This document shows, one piece after another, positions 40,895 to 50,223 of a stretch of DNA of 64,000 nucleotides. The notes below the pieces were generated by a model. That model was not told where the DNA came from, did no database searches, and was given only the letters and a program-made list of their open reading frames with translations. The translations under genes and the position numbers were made by a program. Source of the DNA: Deltaproteobacteria bacterium (GTDB lineage Bacteria; Myxococcota_A; Polyangia; Polyangiales; Houyiibacteriaceae). Location of the stretch: the NCBI GenBank assembly GCA_034670305.1, contig JAXMNT010000020.1, forward strand, positions 16,188 through 80,187, written 5' to 3'. Each line of letters opens with the position of its first letter. Positions within the stretch are counted from its first letter, which is position 1.

Positions 40895-42640
40895 ATGAAA
40901 ACGGCGCTTCCCCAGAACGACTCCAACGCGGCCGCGCGCAGCGACCGACTTGCGAAGAAACAGCAGACCTATCGATTCGCGTACGACTGGCCGCCCGAGG
41001 TCGCCACGTCGGCGGAGCTGCCGAAGGCCGACAACTACGGCGCGCTCTACATCCTCGAGTCCCTCAAGACCTACGCCGCGGTGGGCGTCAACATCGCCGC
41101 GATGGCGATCAAGGGCAACGAAGCGAAGAACCTCATCTCGCTCCTCGAAGCGCGCTTTCGCGACGCGGGGGCCGATGAGTTGCACAAGCTGATCTTCACC
41201 ACCCCGAAGATGGTCTCGGAGTCGTTGCCTGCGCGCTGGCCCACCTCCTGGCGAGAGTACGAAGCGTTCTTCGCCACCTGGCCCACGCCTCCGATCGTCG
41301 GCTTCTACGAGGACCCCGACCCCACCCGCCTCAACCGCGCCTTTGCGTGGCAGCGGGTGGCGGGCGCCAACCCGATGGTGCTCGAACGCTGCGACGCGGT
41401 GCCTCCGCACCTGGCGGTCGACGACGCCATGTACACCCGCGTGATGAAGGGCGATTCGATCGCGGCCGCCATCGCGGAGGAGCGGCTCTACCTCGCGGAC
41501 TACGTCGCGCTCGAAGGCATTCCCACCGGCACCAAAGAGGACTTGCCCAGGTACCTGTGTGCACCGATGGCGCTCTTCGCAGTCGAGCCCATCACCAAGT
41601 CGCTCTACCCCGTCGCCATCCAACTCGGGCAGACCCCGGACGCCGCCTGTTTCACCCCCAACGACGGCTGGCACTGGCGCATGGCGATGCAGTTCGTGCA
41701 GATCGCGGACGCGAACGTACACGAAGGCATCTACCACCTCGGCCGGACCCACATGGTCATGGAAGCGGTGAAGCTGTGCATGGAACGACAGCTCGACGAC
41801 GGCCATCCGCTGCACCGGCTCCTGGTCGCGCACGTGGAGACAACCCTCGCGATCAACCACTCCGCCAAGACCTCGCTCATCGCGCCGGGCGGCACCGTCG
41901 ACCAGTGTTTCGCGCCCACGATCGAAGCGTTCGCGGGCGTCGTGAAGAAGTCGCTCGACACCTACCCGATCGCGACCGCGACGCCGGAGCACGATCTGCA
42001 AGCGCGCGGCCTGACCAACACCGAAGTCCTCGAACACCCCTACCGGGACGACGTCCGGATCGTGCACGCCGCGGTCGAGGCCTTCGTCTCCGAGTACATC
42101 GACCTCTACTACGCGACCGACGCCGATGTCTCGGGCGACGCGGAGCTCCAAGCATTCGTGCGTGAGCTCGGCGCAACCGACGGCGGCCGGCTGGTCGGCA
42201 TGCCGACGGTCCAGACCGTCGCCGACGTGGAGTCGCTCATCACCAAGTTCGTCTTCATCGCGGGTCCCGGCCACTCGGCCGTCAACTTCGCGCAGTTCCC
42301 CTTCATGGGCTTCGTGTCGAACATGGTGGGCTCGGCGTTCCAGCCGGTGCCCACGGCGGACACCCCGAACGAAGAGGCGGAACTGACCAAACTCCTGCCG
42401 CCGCTGCGCATCGCGATGGAGGGCGTGACGATGGTCTACTTCCTTTCGAACATGCGCCCCTCGAAGCTCGGGCACTACGCGCCCTTCCACTTCCGCGACC
42501 ACAAGGTGAACAAGGTGGTGCACACGTTCCAGAAGGCGCTCGAGCGGGTCGAGGCGACCATCGACGAACGCGACCCGCGGCGCCTGATCTCCTATCCCTT
42601 CTTGAAGCCCTCGCTCATCCTCCAGTCCATCGCCATCTAG
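40895..42640 (+). CDS. Lipoxygenase 1 (canonical Fe ligands)
   Basis: LPQND N-terminus; QRVAGANP; HEGIYHLGRTH; HSAVNFAQ; C-terminal SIAI. Confidence 0.92.
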   Translation: MKTALPQNDSNAAARSDRLAKKQQTYRFAYDWPPEVATSAELPKADNYGALYILESLKTYAAVGVNIAAMAIKGNEAKNLISLLEARFRDAGADELHKLIFTTPKMVSESLPARWPTSWREYEAFFATWPTPPIVGFYEDPDPTRLNRAFAWQRVAGANPMVLERCDAVPPHLAVDDAMYTRVMKGDSIAAAIAEERLYLADYVALEGIPTGTKEDLPRYLCAPMALFAVEPITKSLYPVAIQLGQTPDAACFTPNDGWHWRMAMQFVQIADANVHEGIYHLGRTHMVMEAVKLCMERQLDDGHPLHRLLVAHVETTLAINHSAKTSLIAPGGTVDQCFAPTIEAFAGVVKKSLDTYPIATATPEHDLQARGLTNTEVLEHPYRDDVRIVHAAVEAFVSEYIDLYYATDADVSGDAELQAFVRELGATDGGRLVGMPTVQTVADVESLITKFVFIAGPGHSAVNFAQFPFMGFVSNMVGSAFQPVPTADTPNEEAELTKLLPPLRIAMEGVTMVYFLSNMRPSKLGHYAPFHFRDHKVNKVVHTFQKALERVEATIDERDPRRLISYPFLKPSLILQSIAI

Positions 42641-42730
42641 CGGCAGCCGACGCGCACGTCGTCACGACGCGCCGCCGGCACTGCTTCCGACATCCTCACG
42701 CGGCATCGCGCCGCATCGAAGAGAGAGCCC

Positions 42731-44476
42731 ATGACCAGCCCGACCCTTCCGCAGAACGACCCCGCCATCGACGAGCGGAAGGCCCAGCTGGCCAATGCCC
42801 GCGTGTCGTACCAGTTCGACTTCAGCTACCAGGAGATCGTCTCCGCGAAAAAGGTGCCGCTGCGGGAGAAGTCCGATCCGCACTACTGGCTCGCCCTCGC
42901 GGAGGTCACCGGCGAACTCAAAGCCAACCAACTCGCGAGCCGGTCGCTCGAAGAGAACGTCGACGCGATCGGTGAGAAGTTCGTGCAGGGTCTGGCGGAT
43001 GCCTTCGCGAAACTCGCGCCCGGTGAGATCGCAGAGCGGCTGAAGAAGGAGACGCGCGCCTCCCCTCCGCCCGAGACCGACCGGAGCCCCGAGAGCTACG
43101 ACAAGATGTACGCGCGGATCGCGCCGCCTTCGGTGTCCGCGCGCTGGGCAGAGGACGAGATCTTCGCGTGGCAGGCGCTCGCCGGCTGCAACCCGATCAT
43201 GATCCACCGGTTCGCGGGCATGCCGCACTTCGGCGTGACCGCCGCCCACTTCGACAGCGCAATGAAAGCGCTGAAGGTCGAGGGCGCCGGGACCTACGAG
43301 AGCGCGCTGAAGGAGGGGCGGCTCTTCGTCGCCGACTACCAGATCCTCGACCACATCACGCCGGGGGCCTACGAAGGCGCGCCGAAGTTCATCTTCGCCC
43401 CGCTCGCACTCTACGTGTCGCTCCCCGGCGGTCGGTTCCTGCCGGTCGCGATCCAGTGCGGACAGACCCCGGAAGCCGGCATCTTCACACCGGCCGATGG
43501 CATGAGCTGGCGCATGGCCCGCACCGTCGTCACGAGCGCGGACGGAAACTTCCAAGGCATCATCTCGCACTTCGCTTGGTGCCACGAAGTGATGGAGTCG
43601 GTGATCCTCTCCACCCACCGGCAGCTCGCGGACAACCACCCGCTCCACGTGCTGCTCTCGCCGCATTTCGCGAACACGATGATCACCAACGACATCGCGA
43701 TGACCTCGCTCATCGGACCGAACGGCAACATGGAGCGGTTGCAGAGCGGCACACTCGAGTCTTCGCTGGATCTCGCGAAGCGTTCGATCCGGGAGTTCCG
43801 CCTGCTCGACTCCGCCCCCGCGAAGGACTTCGCGGCGCGCGGCGTCGACGACACCGACGCGCTCGCGGCGTATCCGTTTCGAGACGACAGCCTGCGGTCC
43901 TGGGGACCGTTGCAAGCCTGGGTCCGCGGCTACCTCGAGCTCTATTACACTTCCGACGAACTGGTCGCGGGCGACCACGAACTCGCAGCCTGGGTGGACG
44001 AACTCGGAAGCCACGAAGGCGGCCGACTGCTCGGACTCGAACGGCCGCAGACCTTTGACGCGCTCGTCGATTTCGTCGCGCAGATCATGTTCCGCTGCAC
44101 CGTCTTCCACGCGGCGTTCAACTACACCTCGTACGACTTCTTCGCCTACGCCCCGAACGTCCAGGCCGCCGCGTTCGGACCCGGACCGACCGGCACCGAC
44201 GCCGACACCGTCGAGACCCTTCAAGCGATGTGGCCTCCCTACCAGTCGGCGTACGAAGGCATGCACCTGTTCTACACGATCTTCAAAGTGCAGCTGAACC
44301 GGGTCGGGTACTACCCCGACGGTCACTTCACCGACCCGCGCGTGGCGCCGCTCGAGACCGCCTTGAAGGCCGCGCTCGACGAAGCCGAAGCCGCGATCGC
44401 CAAGGACGACGACAAGCGCATCCTCTCGTACCCGTACCTGATGCCGTCGCGGGTGAGCAACAGCATCCACGTCTGA
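42731..44476 (+). CDS. Lipoxygenase 2 (divergent)
   Basis: [33 protein letters not shown]-terminal SIHV. Confidence 0.88.
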   Translation: MTSPTLPQNDPAIDERKAQLANARVSYQFDFSYQEIVSAKKVPLREKSDPHYWLALAEVTGELKANQLASRSLEENVDAIGEKFVQGLADAFAKLAPGEIAERLKKETRASPPPETDRSPESYDKMYARIAPPSVSARWAEDEIFAWQALAGCNPIMIHRFAGMPHFGVTAAHFDSAMKALKVEGAGTYESALKEGRLFVADYQILDHITPGAYEGAPKFIFAPLALYVSLPGGRFLPVAIQCGQTPEAGIFTPADGMSWRMARTVVTSADGNFQGIISHFAWCHEVMESVILSTHRQLADNHPLHVLLSPHFANTMITNDIAMTSLIGPNGNMERLQSGTLESSLDLAKRSIREFRLLDSAPAKDFAARGVDDTDALAAYPFRDDSLRSWGPLQAWVRGYLELYYTSDELVAGDHELAAWVDELGSHEGGRLLGLERPQTFDALVDFVAQIMFRCTVFHAAFNYTSYDFFAYAPNVQAAAFGPGPTGTDADTVETLQAMWPPYQSAYEGMHLFYTIFKVQLNRVGYYPDGHFTDPRVAPLETALKAALDEAEAAIAKDDDKRILSYPYLMPSRVSNSIHV

Positions 44477-44501
44477 CGTAGGGAGTTCGGCGCCTGCCGG
44501 C

Positions 44502-44693
44502 GGCTTCGGCTTCGGCGTCGGCTTCGGCTTCGGCGTCGGCGTCGGCTTCGGCTTCGGCTTCGGCTTCGGTGTCGGCGTCGGCGTCGGCGTCGGCTTCGGC
44601 TTCAGCTTCGGCTTCGGCTTCGGCTTCGGGTTCGGCTTCGGTGTCGGCGTCGGCGTCGGCTTCGGCGTCGGCTTCGGCTTCCGCGTCGGCTTC
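44502..44693. repeat. Hexamer microsatellite (G/T)TCGGC, ~31 units
   Basis: Read directly; lies between convergent genes. Confidence 0.95.
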
Positions 44694-44714
44694 CGCGGGC
44701 CTCGCCTCAGGCGC

Positions 44715-45806
44715 TCACGGCAGGGACACACCCGTCCACACCGCGAGCCCGAGGCGGCGCAGACGGACGAAGTTCATCATGTCCGTGTAGAGCGCGAGCG
44801 GCATCATGTGGTCGAGGTACGCGGTGTCCTCTCGGTAGGTCACCGTGGTGCCCGGCCGATCGAAGAACGTGGCGGCCCAGATGTTCAGAACCGCATCCAC
44901 CTCGTGGGGGTAGAGCCGGTGTCCTTCGCTCGCGCGAAAGGGCGTGGCCGGGTCGCGCATCATCACGCACTCGTTGGCCCAGTCGGGCGCGGGGGGCGGC
45001 GCGGTGTCGACGAGGCGTGCCCTCAGTCGGTCTCGGGTGGCGGCCGCAAGCGCGCCCGGCGACTTCTGGTGCGACTCGAGTACGAAGCCCGCGCTTCGAC
45101 CGGCGGGGATCGTCGGCGCGAAGATCACGTAGACGCGACCGCCTTCCCGGTGGGTCAGAAAAACATCGTGCACCGGATGGGTGCTGCGGTTGTGGAGCAC
45201 CAGATGTCGACGACCCGGGCGCCATTCGGGCCCGCGCTCGATCCGGATCGCGACCTGCTCCCGGGTGCTGCCTTCGTAGAAGACGAACCGTTCGCTCTCG
45301 CGTGCCCCGTTGACCCAGAGCGCGTCGAAGCCGCGCAGCTCGTCCACCCAAGGCGTCGATGAGACATGGGGGGTGTGCGTGGCTTCGGGGTGGAGGTTCA
45401 GCCGCTCCCAGGTGAGCTGGGGCGCAGCGCCCGCACGTGGACGTAAGGTGTCGACCTGCGGATACCAGTGGCTCGCACGCCCTTGCCGGAAGCCCACCTC
45501 GATGCCGAGCGGGACGGGTGAGGACATGCTGTTGCGCCCGTAGAAGTGCAGCACCGGCAGCGCACGTTGTCCGCTGTCGGCCGGAAGCGACCGGGCCGGC
45601 GGACCCGCCGCGTTGCCCCCACCGGCCCGTCGATGGAACCAGCCGGGCAAGTTGGCCGTCACCTGAGCGCCCGCGCCGTCGAACGCTTGCACGCCCCACT
45701 CATGGACATCGAGAGGGCTTGCGCACCAGGACTCGGCCTCGGCGTCGCTCGGGGGGGCGACCAGGAACAACAGAACGACCGTGAGCATCGAGAGACTGAA
45801 GCGCAT
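44715..45806 (-). CDS. Secreted hypothetical protein (VHEWG...ERFVFYEG type)
   Basis: Signal peptide; conserved-looking motifs; coding-like composition. Confidence 0.7.
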   Translation of the reverse strand: MRFSLSMLTVVLLFLVAPPSDAEAESWCASPLDVHEWGVQAFDGAGAQVTANLPGWFHRRAGGGNAAGPPARSLPADSGQRALPVLHFYGRNSMSSPVPLGIEVGFRQGRASHWYPQVDTLRPRAGAAPQLTWERLNLHPEATHTPHVSSTPWVDELRGFDALWVNGARESERFVFYEGSTREQVAIRIERGPEWRPGRRHLVLHNRSTHPVHDVFLTHREGGRVYVIFAPTIPAGRSAGFVLESHQKSPGALAAATRDRLRARLVDTAPPPAPDWANECVMMRDPATPFRASEGHRLYPHEVDAVLNIWAATFFDRPGTTVTYREDTAYLDHMMPLALYTDMMNFVRLRRLGLAVWTGVSLP

Positions 45807-45929
45807 CGTGCTCGGTTATACGTGTGTGGGCCCGGGAAGTTCTCAGGCGATCGACGCGTTGCCCTTCTGTCTGCGATCAGTTATGTCGGTCGGCCCGGCA
45901 CTCTCGCTGGGCCCTACCCCGACCAAAAC

Positions 45930-46205
45930 ATGTACCGCTGCGAACTCTGCAAGGCCGTTCAGGCCCCGCGCACCCCGTGTATCCGCGTGACCGTGGAAAC
46001 CCGACCGACCGAATACCCGAGCCGTCCCAAAGCGCACAAAATGCGTGTGGGCCGCAAGATGAAGACGTTCGACGACTCCGGCGGGGCTGGCTACGAGATC
46101 GCCAAAGAAGCGAAAGCATGCCCGAAGTGCGCGGAAGAGTTCGTCGCGAAGCAGAAAGCCGCCGAAGCCGCGGGCATCTACGACGACGAAGTCGCCAGCG
46201 CCTGA
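45930..46205 (+). CDS. Small CxxC...CxxC zinc-ribbon-like protein (91 aa)
   Basis: MYRCELC...GYEIAKEAKACPKC. Confidence 0.72.
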   Translation: MYRCELCKAVQAPRTPCIRVTVETRPTEYPSRPKAHKMRVGRKMKTFDDSGGAGYEIAKEAKACPKCAEEFVAKQKAAEAAGIYDDEVASA

Positions 46206-46226
46206 CGCACTTCCGCTGATCATCCC

Positions 46227-46270
46227 AACGCCCCACCCGCGCCGAGTCGATCGTCGCGGCTTGGGGCGTT
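46227..46270 (+). terminator. Stem-loop after the zinc-ribbon gene
   Basis: AACGCCCCA...TGGGGCGTT inverted repeat; no clear U-tract. Confidence 0.35.
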
Positions 46271-46564
46271 CGTCGTCTGGGTGAGCGCTGGCTCGATCTC
46301 GAGCACCGTTTCACCCCTCGGGTTGGAGGGTGCGCCGCCGCCCGCAGCGCAGTCTGCTCCCCGACTCCGATTCTCATCAGCCACAAGGTGCTGATATTGC
46401 ACAGCTTTCCCCGAAAGCAGCGAGCCGCATGTCTCAAGGTCCATTTGACAGCAGGTGGCCTCGCGCTCTAGGTGGGCTCGTCCATCACCCGTGAAGCGGG
46501 GTTCCGCCAGTTGGCACAGACGCCTGTCTCGCCCTGCTGAACCACCGAAAACTCAGAGGAATTC

Positions 46565-49564
46565 GTGTCGCGAACGCTCGTCATCGTAGAGAGCCCTGCC
46601 AAGGCCAAGACCATCGGGAAGTACCTCGGAAAGGACTTCGTGGTGGAGTCGTCCGTCGGGCACATCCGGGATCTCGCCGTCCCGAAGCAGCTCTCGAAAG
46701 AGCAGCGCAAGAAGAACGTGTACATCGACGGCTACGCGGTTGACGTCGAGAACGATTTCCTGCCCATCTACGTGGTCGACGCCCGCAAGAAGTCGACCGT
46801 CGCCGAACTGAAGAAGATCCTGAAGGGTTCGGACGAACTCCTGCTCGCGACAGATGAAGACCGCGAAGGAGAGAGCATCGCCTGGCACCTCGTCGAGGTG
46901 CTCAAGCCCAAAGTGCCCGTGAAGCGCATGGTGTTTCACGAGATCACGAAGAAGGCGATCCTCGAGGCGGTCGGCAAGCCCCGCGAGATCGACCAGAACC
47001 TCGTCGACGCGCAGGAAGCCCGCCGAATCCTCGACCGGCTCTACGGCTTCGCGATGAGCAAGATGACGTGGCGCCGCACCAAAGGCCGCTCCGCGGGCCG
47101 GGTGCAGAGTGTCGCCACCCGCATCGTCGTGGAGCGGGAACGCGAGCGCATGGCGTTCCGCCGCGCGAGCTACTGGGACGTCGACGGCGAGTTCGCGGCG
47201 TCCGACGCGAAGTTCCCGGGCCACCTGCTGGAGATCGACGGCAAGCGGGTCGTCAGCGGCAAGGACTTCGGCGACGACGGCAAGTTGAAGAAGACGACGG
47301 TCGCACATCTCGACGAGACCGCGGCCCGAAAGCTGGTGCAGGACCTCGGACAAGCCACCTTCGAAGTGGCCCAGGTGCAGAAGAAGCCGACCACCCGTCG
47401 ACCCTCCCCGCCCTTCATGACGTCGACGCTTCAGCAGGAAGCGAGCCGCAAGCTCGGCTGGGGTGCGCAGACGACGATGCGGGTCGCGCAGTCCCTCTAC
47501 GAAAACGGTTTCATCACCTACATGCGTACGGACTCCACGACGCTGTCGCAGACGGCGCTCGACGCCGCGCGCACGCAGATCGCGGAACTCTACGGCAAAG
47601 ACGAGGTGCCCGCGGCGCCCCGTCAGTACAACCGCTCCGTCAAGAACGCCCAAGAGGCCCATGAGGCCATCCGCCCCGCCGGCGACTCGTTCCGCACCCC
47701 GGACGACGTCGCGCGCGGTCTCGGCAAGAACGAATCCCGCCTGTACGAGCTCATCTGGAAGCGAACCGTCGCCTCGCAGATGAACGACGCCAAGGGCGAA
47801 CAGGTCAGCGTGCGCATCCTGGCGAAGACGCCCGGTGGGCAGGAAGCCATGTTCTCGGCCAGCGGACTCACCTGGACCGCGCCCGGCTTCTTCAAGGCCT
47901 ACGTCGAAGGCAGCGACGACCCGGAGGCCGAGCTCGAGAGCAAGGAACGCACGTTGCCGCCGCTCGCTCAGGGACAGAAGCTGGGCGGCGGTCCGTTCGA
48001 GGCCAAGGGCCACGAGACCCAGCCGCCCGCGCGCTTCACAGAAGCCACGCTGGTCAAGAAGCTCGAAGAGCTCGGGGTCGGCCGGCCGTCCACCTACGCG
48101 TCCATCATCACGGTGATCCAGAACCGCGGCTATGTCTGGAAGAAGGGCCGCGCGCTCATCCCCAGCTTCACCGCGTTCGTCGTGGTTCGACTGATGGAAG
48201 ATCACTTCGCGGACCTGGTCGACTACCAGTTCACCGCGCGGATGGAGGACGATCTCGACGCGATCGCGAGCGGCGCCGCTGGCCGCAACGAGTACCTGCG
48301 CAAGTTCTTCCTGGGCGACGACACCAGCGACTCCGACGCCAAGAAGGGCCTCGAAGTCCGGGTGAAGCAGAAGCTCGAGGACATCGACCTCGACGAGACC
48401 AAACGCCTCGAGACGATCCCGCTCGGCAAAGCCGACGACGGCCGCGAGTTCGTGGTCCGCATCGGTCAGTACGGCCCCTACCTCCAGGTCGTCGGCGAAG
48501 AAGGCGCGACCGCGAGCGTGCCGGACGACATGGCGCCGGACGAGCTCACCATCGAGAAGGCCATCGAGCTCTTCGAGGCGCCGAGTGGCGACCGCGAGCT
48601 CGGCACCGATCCAGACACGGGCAAGAAGGTGCTGCTGCGCGCCGGGCGCTTCGGGCTCTACGTGCAGCTCGGCGAAGGCGGCAAAGACAAAGAGAAGCCT
48701 GCGACCGCGAGCCTCTTCAAGTCCATGGACCCCGAGACCGTCACGCTCGAGGAAGCACTCAAGCTGCTCTCCTTGCCGCGCACCGTGGGTGTCGCGGAAG
48801 ACGGCGTGGAGATCCAGGCCCGCAACGGCCGCTTCGGTCCGTTCGTGACCAAGGGCACCGACAACCGGAACCTCGAATCCGAAGAAGCGATCTTCACCGT
48901 GACGCTCGAGCAGGCGCTCGAACTCTTCAAGCAGCCGAAGCGCCGCCGCGGTCAGAAAGAGACCCCGGTCCTCAAGGAGCTGGGGACCGATCCGGTCAGC
49001 GAAGGCAAGATCGTCCTCAAGGAAGGCCGCTGGGGCCCCTACGTGACCGACGGCGAGACCAACGCGTCCCTACGCCGCGGCGACACGATCGAAGAGATCA
49101 CCCCGGAGCGCGCGCACGAGCTCTTGGCGTTGCGCCGCGAACGCGAGGCGAACTCACCGAAGAAGCCGAAGAAGAAGGCCGCCAAGAAGAAGGCCGCCAA
49201 GAAGAAGAAGCCGGCCAAACAGCTCGACACCGCGCTCGTCGCAGCCGCCGAGAAAGCGGTCGCCGGCAAGGGTGACGGCCGCATCGGACTCGACGACGCG
49301 AAGATGCTGCTCGGTCTGGTCAAAGACGGCGGCAAGTACACCGACATCGAGAAACACACCGTCTCGCACCTGCGCAAGATGACGTGGACCGACGAAGCCG
49401 ATAAGTGGTTCCGCTCCGAGATCCGCAAGTGGACCACCTCCATGGGCCGCGCCGCGAAGACCACGAAGAAGGCGACCAAGAAGAAGGCCGCCAAGAAGAA
49501 GACGGCCAAGAAGAAGACGGCCAAGAAGAAGGCGGCCAAGAAGAAGGCGGCCAAGAAGGCCTGA
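46565..49564 (+). CDS. topA: DNA topoisomerase I (type IA) with Cys-free C-terminal repeats, an extra domain and Lys-rich tails
   Basis: [43 protein letters not shown]; four G(Q/R)xG repeats; GAGGA SD. Confidence 0.97.
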   Translation: MSRTLVIVESPAKAKTIGKYLGKDFVVESSVGHIRDLAVPKQLSKEQRKKNVYIDGYAVDVENDFLPIYVVDARKKSTVAELKKILKGSDELLLATDEDREGESIAWHLVEVLKPKVPVKRMVFHEITKKAILEAVGKPREIDQNLVDAQEARRILDRLYGFAMSKMTWRRTKGRSAGRVQSVATRIVVERERERMAFRRASYWDVDGEFAASDAKFPGHLLEIDGKRVVSGKDFGDDGKLKKTTVAHLDETAARKLVQDLGQATFEVAQVQKKPTTRRPSPPFMTSTLQQEASRKLGWGAQTTMRVAQSLYENGFITYMRTDSTTLSQTALDAARTQIAELYGKDEVPAAPRQYNRSVKNAQEAHEAIRPAGDSFRTPDDVARGLGKNESRLYELIWKRTVASQMNDAKGEQVSVRILAKTPGGQEAMFSASGLTWTAPGFFKAYVEGSDDPEAELESKERTLPPLAQGQKLGGGPFEAKGHETQPPARFTEATLVKKLEELGVGRPSTYASIITVIQNRGYVWKKGRALIPSFTAFVVVRLMEDHFADLVDYQFTARMEDDLDAIASGAAGRNEYLRKFFLGDDTSDSDAKKGLEVRVKQKLEDIDLDETKRLETIPLGKADDGREFVVRIGQYGPYLQVVGEEGATASVPDDMAPDELTIEKAIELFEAPSGDRELGTDPDTGKKVLLRAGRFGLYVQLGEGGKDKEKPATASLFKSMDPETVTLEEALKLLSLPRTVGVAEDGVEIQARNGRFGPFVTKGTDNRNLESEEAIFTVTLEQALELFKQPKRRRGQKETPVLKELGTDPVSEGKIVLKEGRWGPYVTDGETNASLRRGDTIEEITPERAHELLALRREREANSPKKPKKKAAKKKAAKKKKPAKQLDTALVAAAEKAVAGKGDGRIGLDDAKMLLGLVKDGGKYTDIEKHTVSHLRKMTWTDEADKWFRSEIRKWTTSMGRAAKTTKKATKKKAAKKKTAKKKTAKKKAAKKKAAKKA

Positions 49565-49632
49565 CTCGGGTCCCAGCCGCTGCGGGTCAAGAAGGTTGAT
49601 CCGTCCAGGCGTCTGAGTCGTATAGTCCGATC

Positions 49633-50022
49633 GTGACCTCCCCTGCCTACCGCCGGACCGACGCCGCCTTTGGGCTGCTGTTGTGGATCCTGGGCGGGGA
49701 GTTTCTTCCTTTGGCGCATCTGGTGATGCACGAGGACCTGGGCGAGCACACCCACGACGCGCACGAACGCGCGCACGAACAGGGACGCGCCCACCCCCAC
49801 CCCGAGCCGGAAGACGACAGCGACCCATCGACCGGGCCGTCTTCCCAGGCGCACGGCGAGGGCAGCTTTGCCCATCACGACGAGATGATGGCGCAAGGCG
49901 CGCTGGCACCGCCGCTGGTCCCACCGACCCGCCTGGGCGTGCCGCCGGCGCTCCCGTCGCCGTGGACGCCCGCCGGCCGGACCTTGGTCCGGACCGCCAA
50001 CGCGCGCGCTCCTCCGGTCTGA
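49633..50022 (+). CDS. His-rich leader ORF ending in RAPP (DUF2946/CruR-like putative arrest peptide)
   Basis: TATAGT-N6-GTG start; hydrophobic N-terminus, His cluster, Pro-rich linker, ...NARAPPV-stop; directly upstream of a TBDT gene. Confidence 0.72.
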   Translation: MTSPAYRRTDAAFGLLLWILGGEFLPLAHLVMHEDLGEHTHDAHERAHEQGRAHPHPEPEDDSDPSTGPSSQAHGEGSFAHHDEMMAQGALAPPLVPPTRLGVPPALPSPWTPAGRTLVRTANARAPPV

Positions 50023-50061
50023 ACGACCTCCGAAACCATCGTTCGTGAGCGACCCAGGTCT

Positions 50062-50105
50062 TGAGATCAGGTCTTGAGATCCGTCTGAGATCTCTGCCTG
50101 AGATC
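50062..50105. repeat. Four TGAGATC direct repeats in the uORF-TBDT spacer
   Basis: At 50062, 50075, 50086 and 50099. Confidence 0.8.
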
Positions 50106-50223
50106 GCCGCTCGCCATTCCGTGAAGCGGGATCTTTGGCATCCCTGCCTCCGTCTTCATTCGTGTCCGCTCGATCTCGAGTTCGAGCTGGGCTCTTCCTT
50201 CTCCAACGAAGCGTTGCCTTCGC

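Noticed and set aside
46206..46560. tRNA or ncRNA in the topA upstream region
   Set aside because: Only a hairpin and a TTGACA (46445) are visible; no cloverleaf or recognisable RNA family
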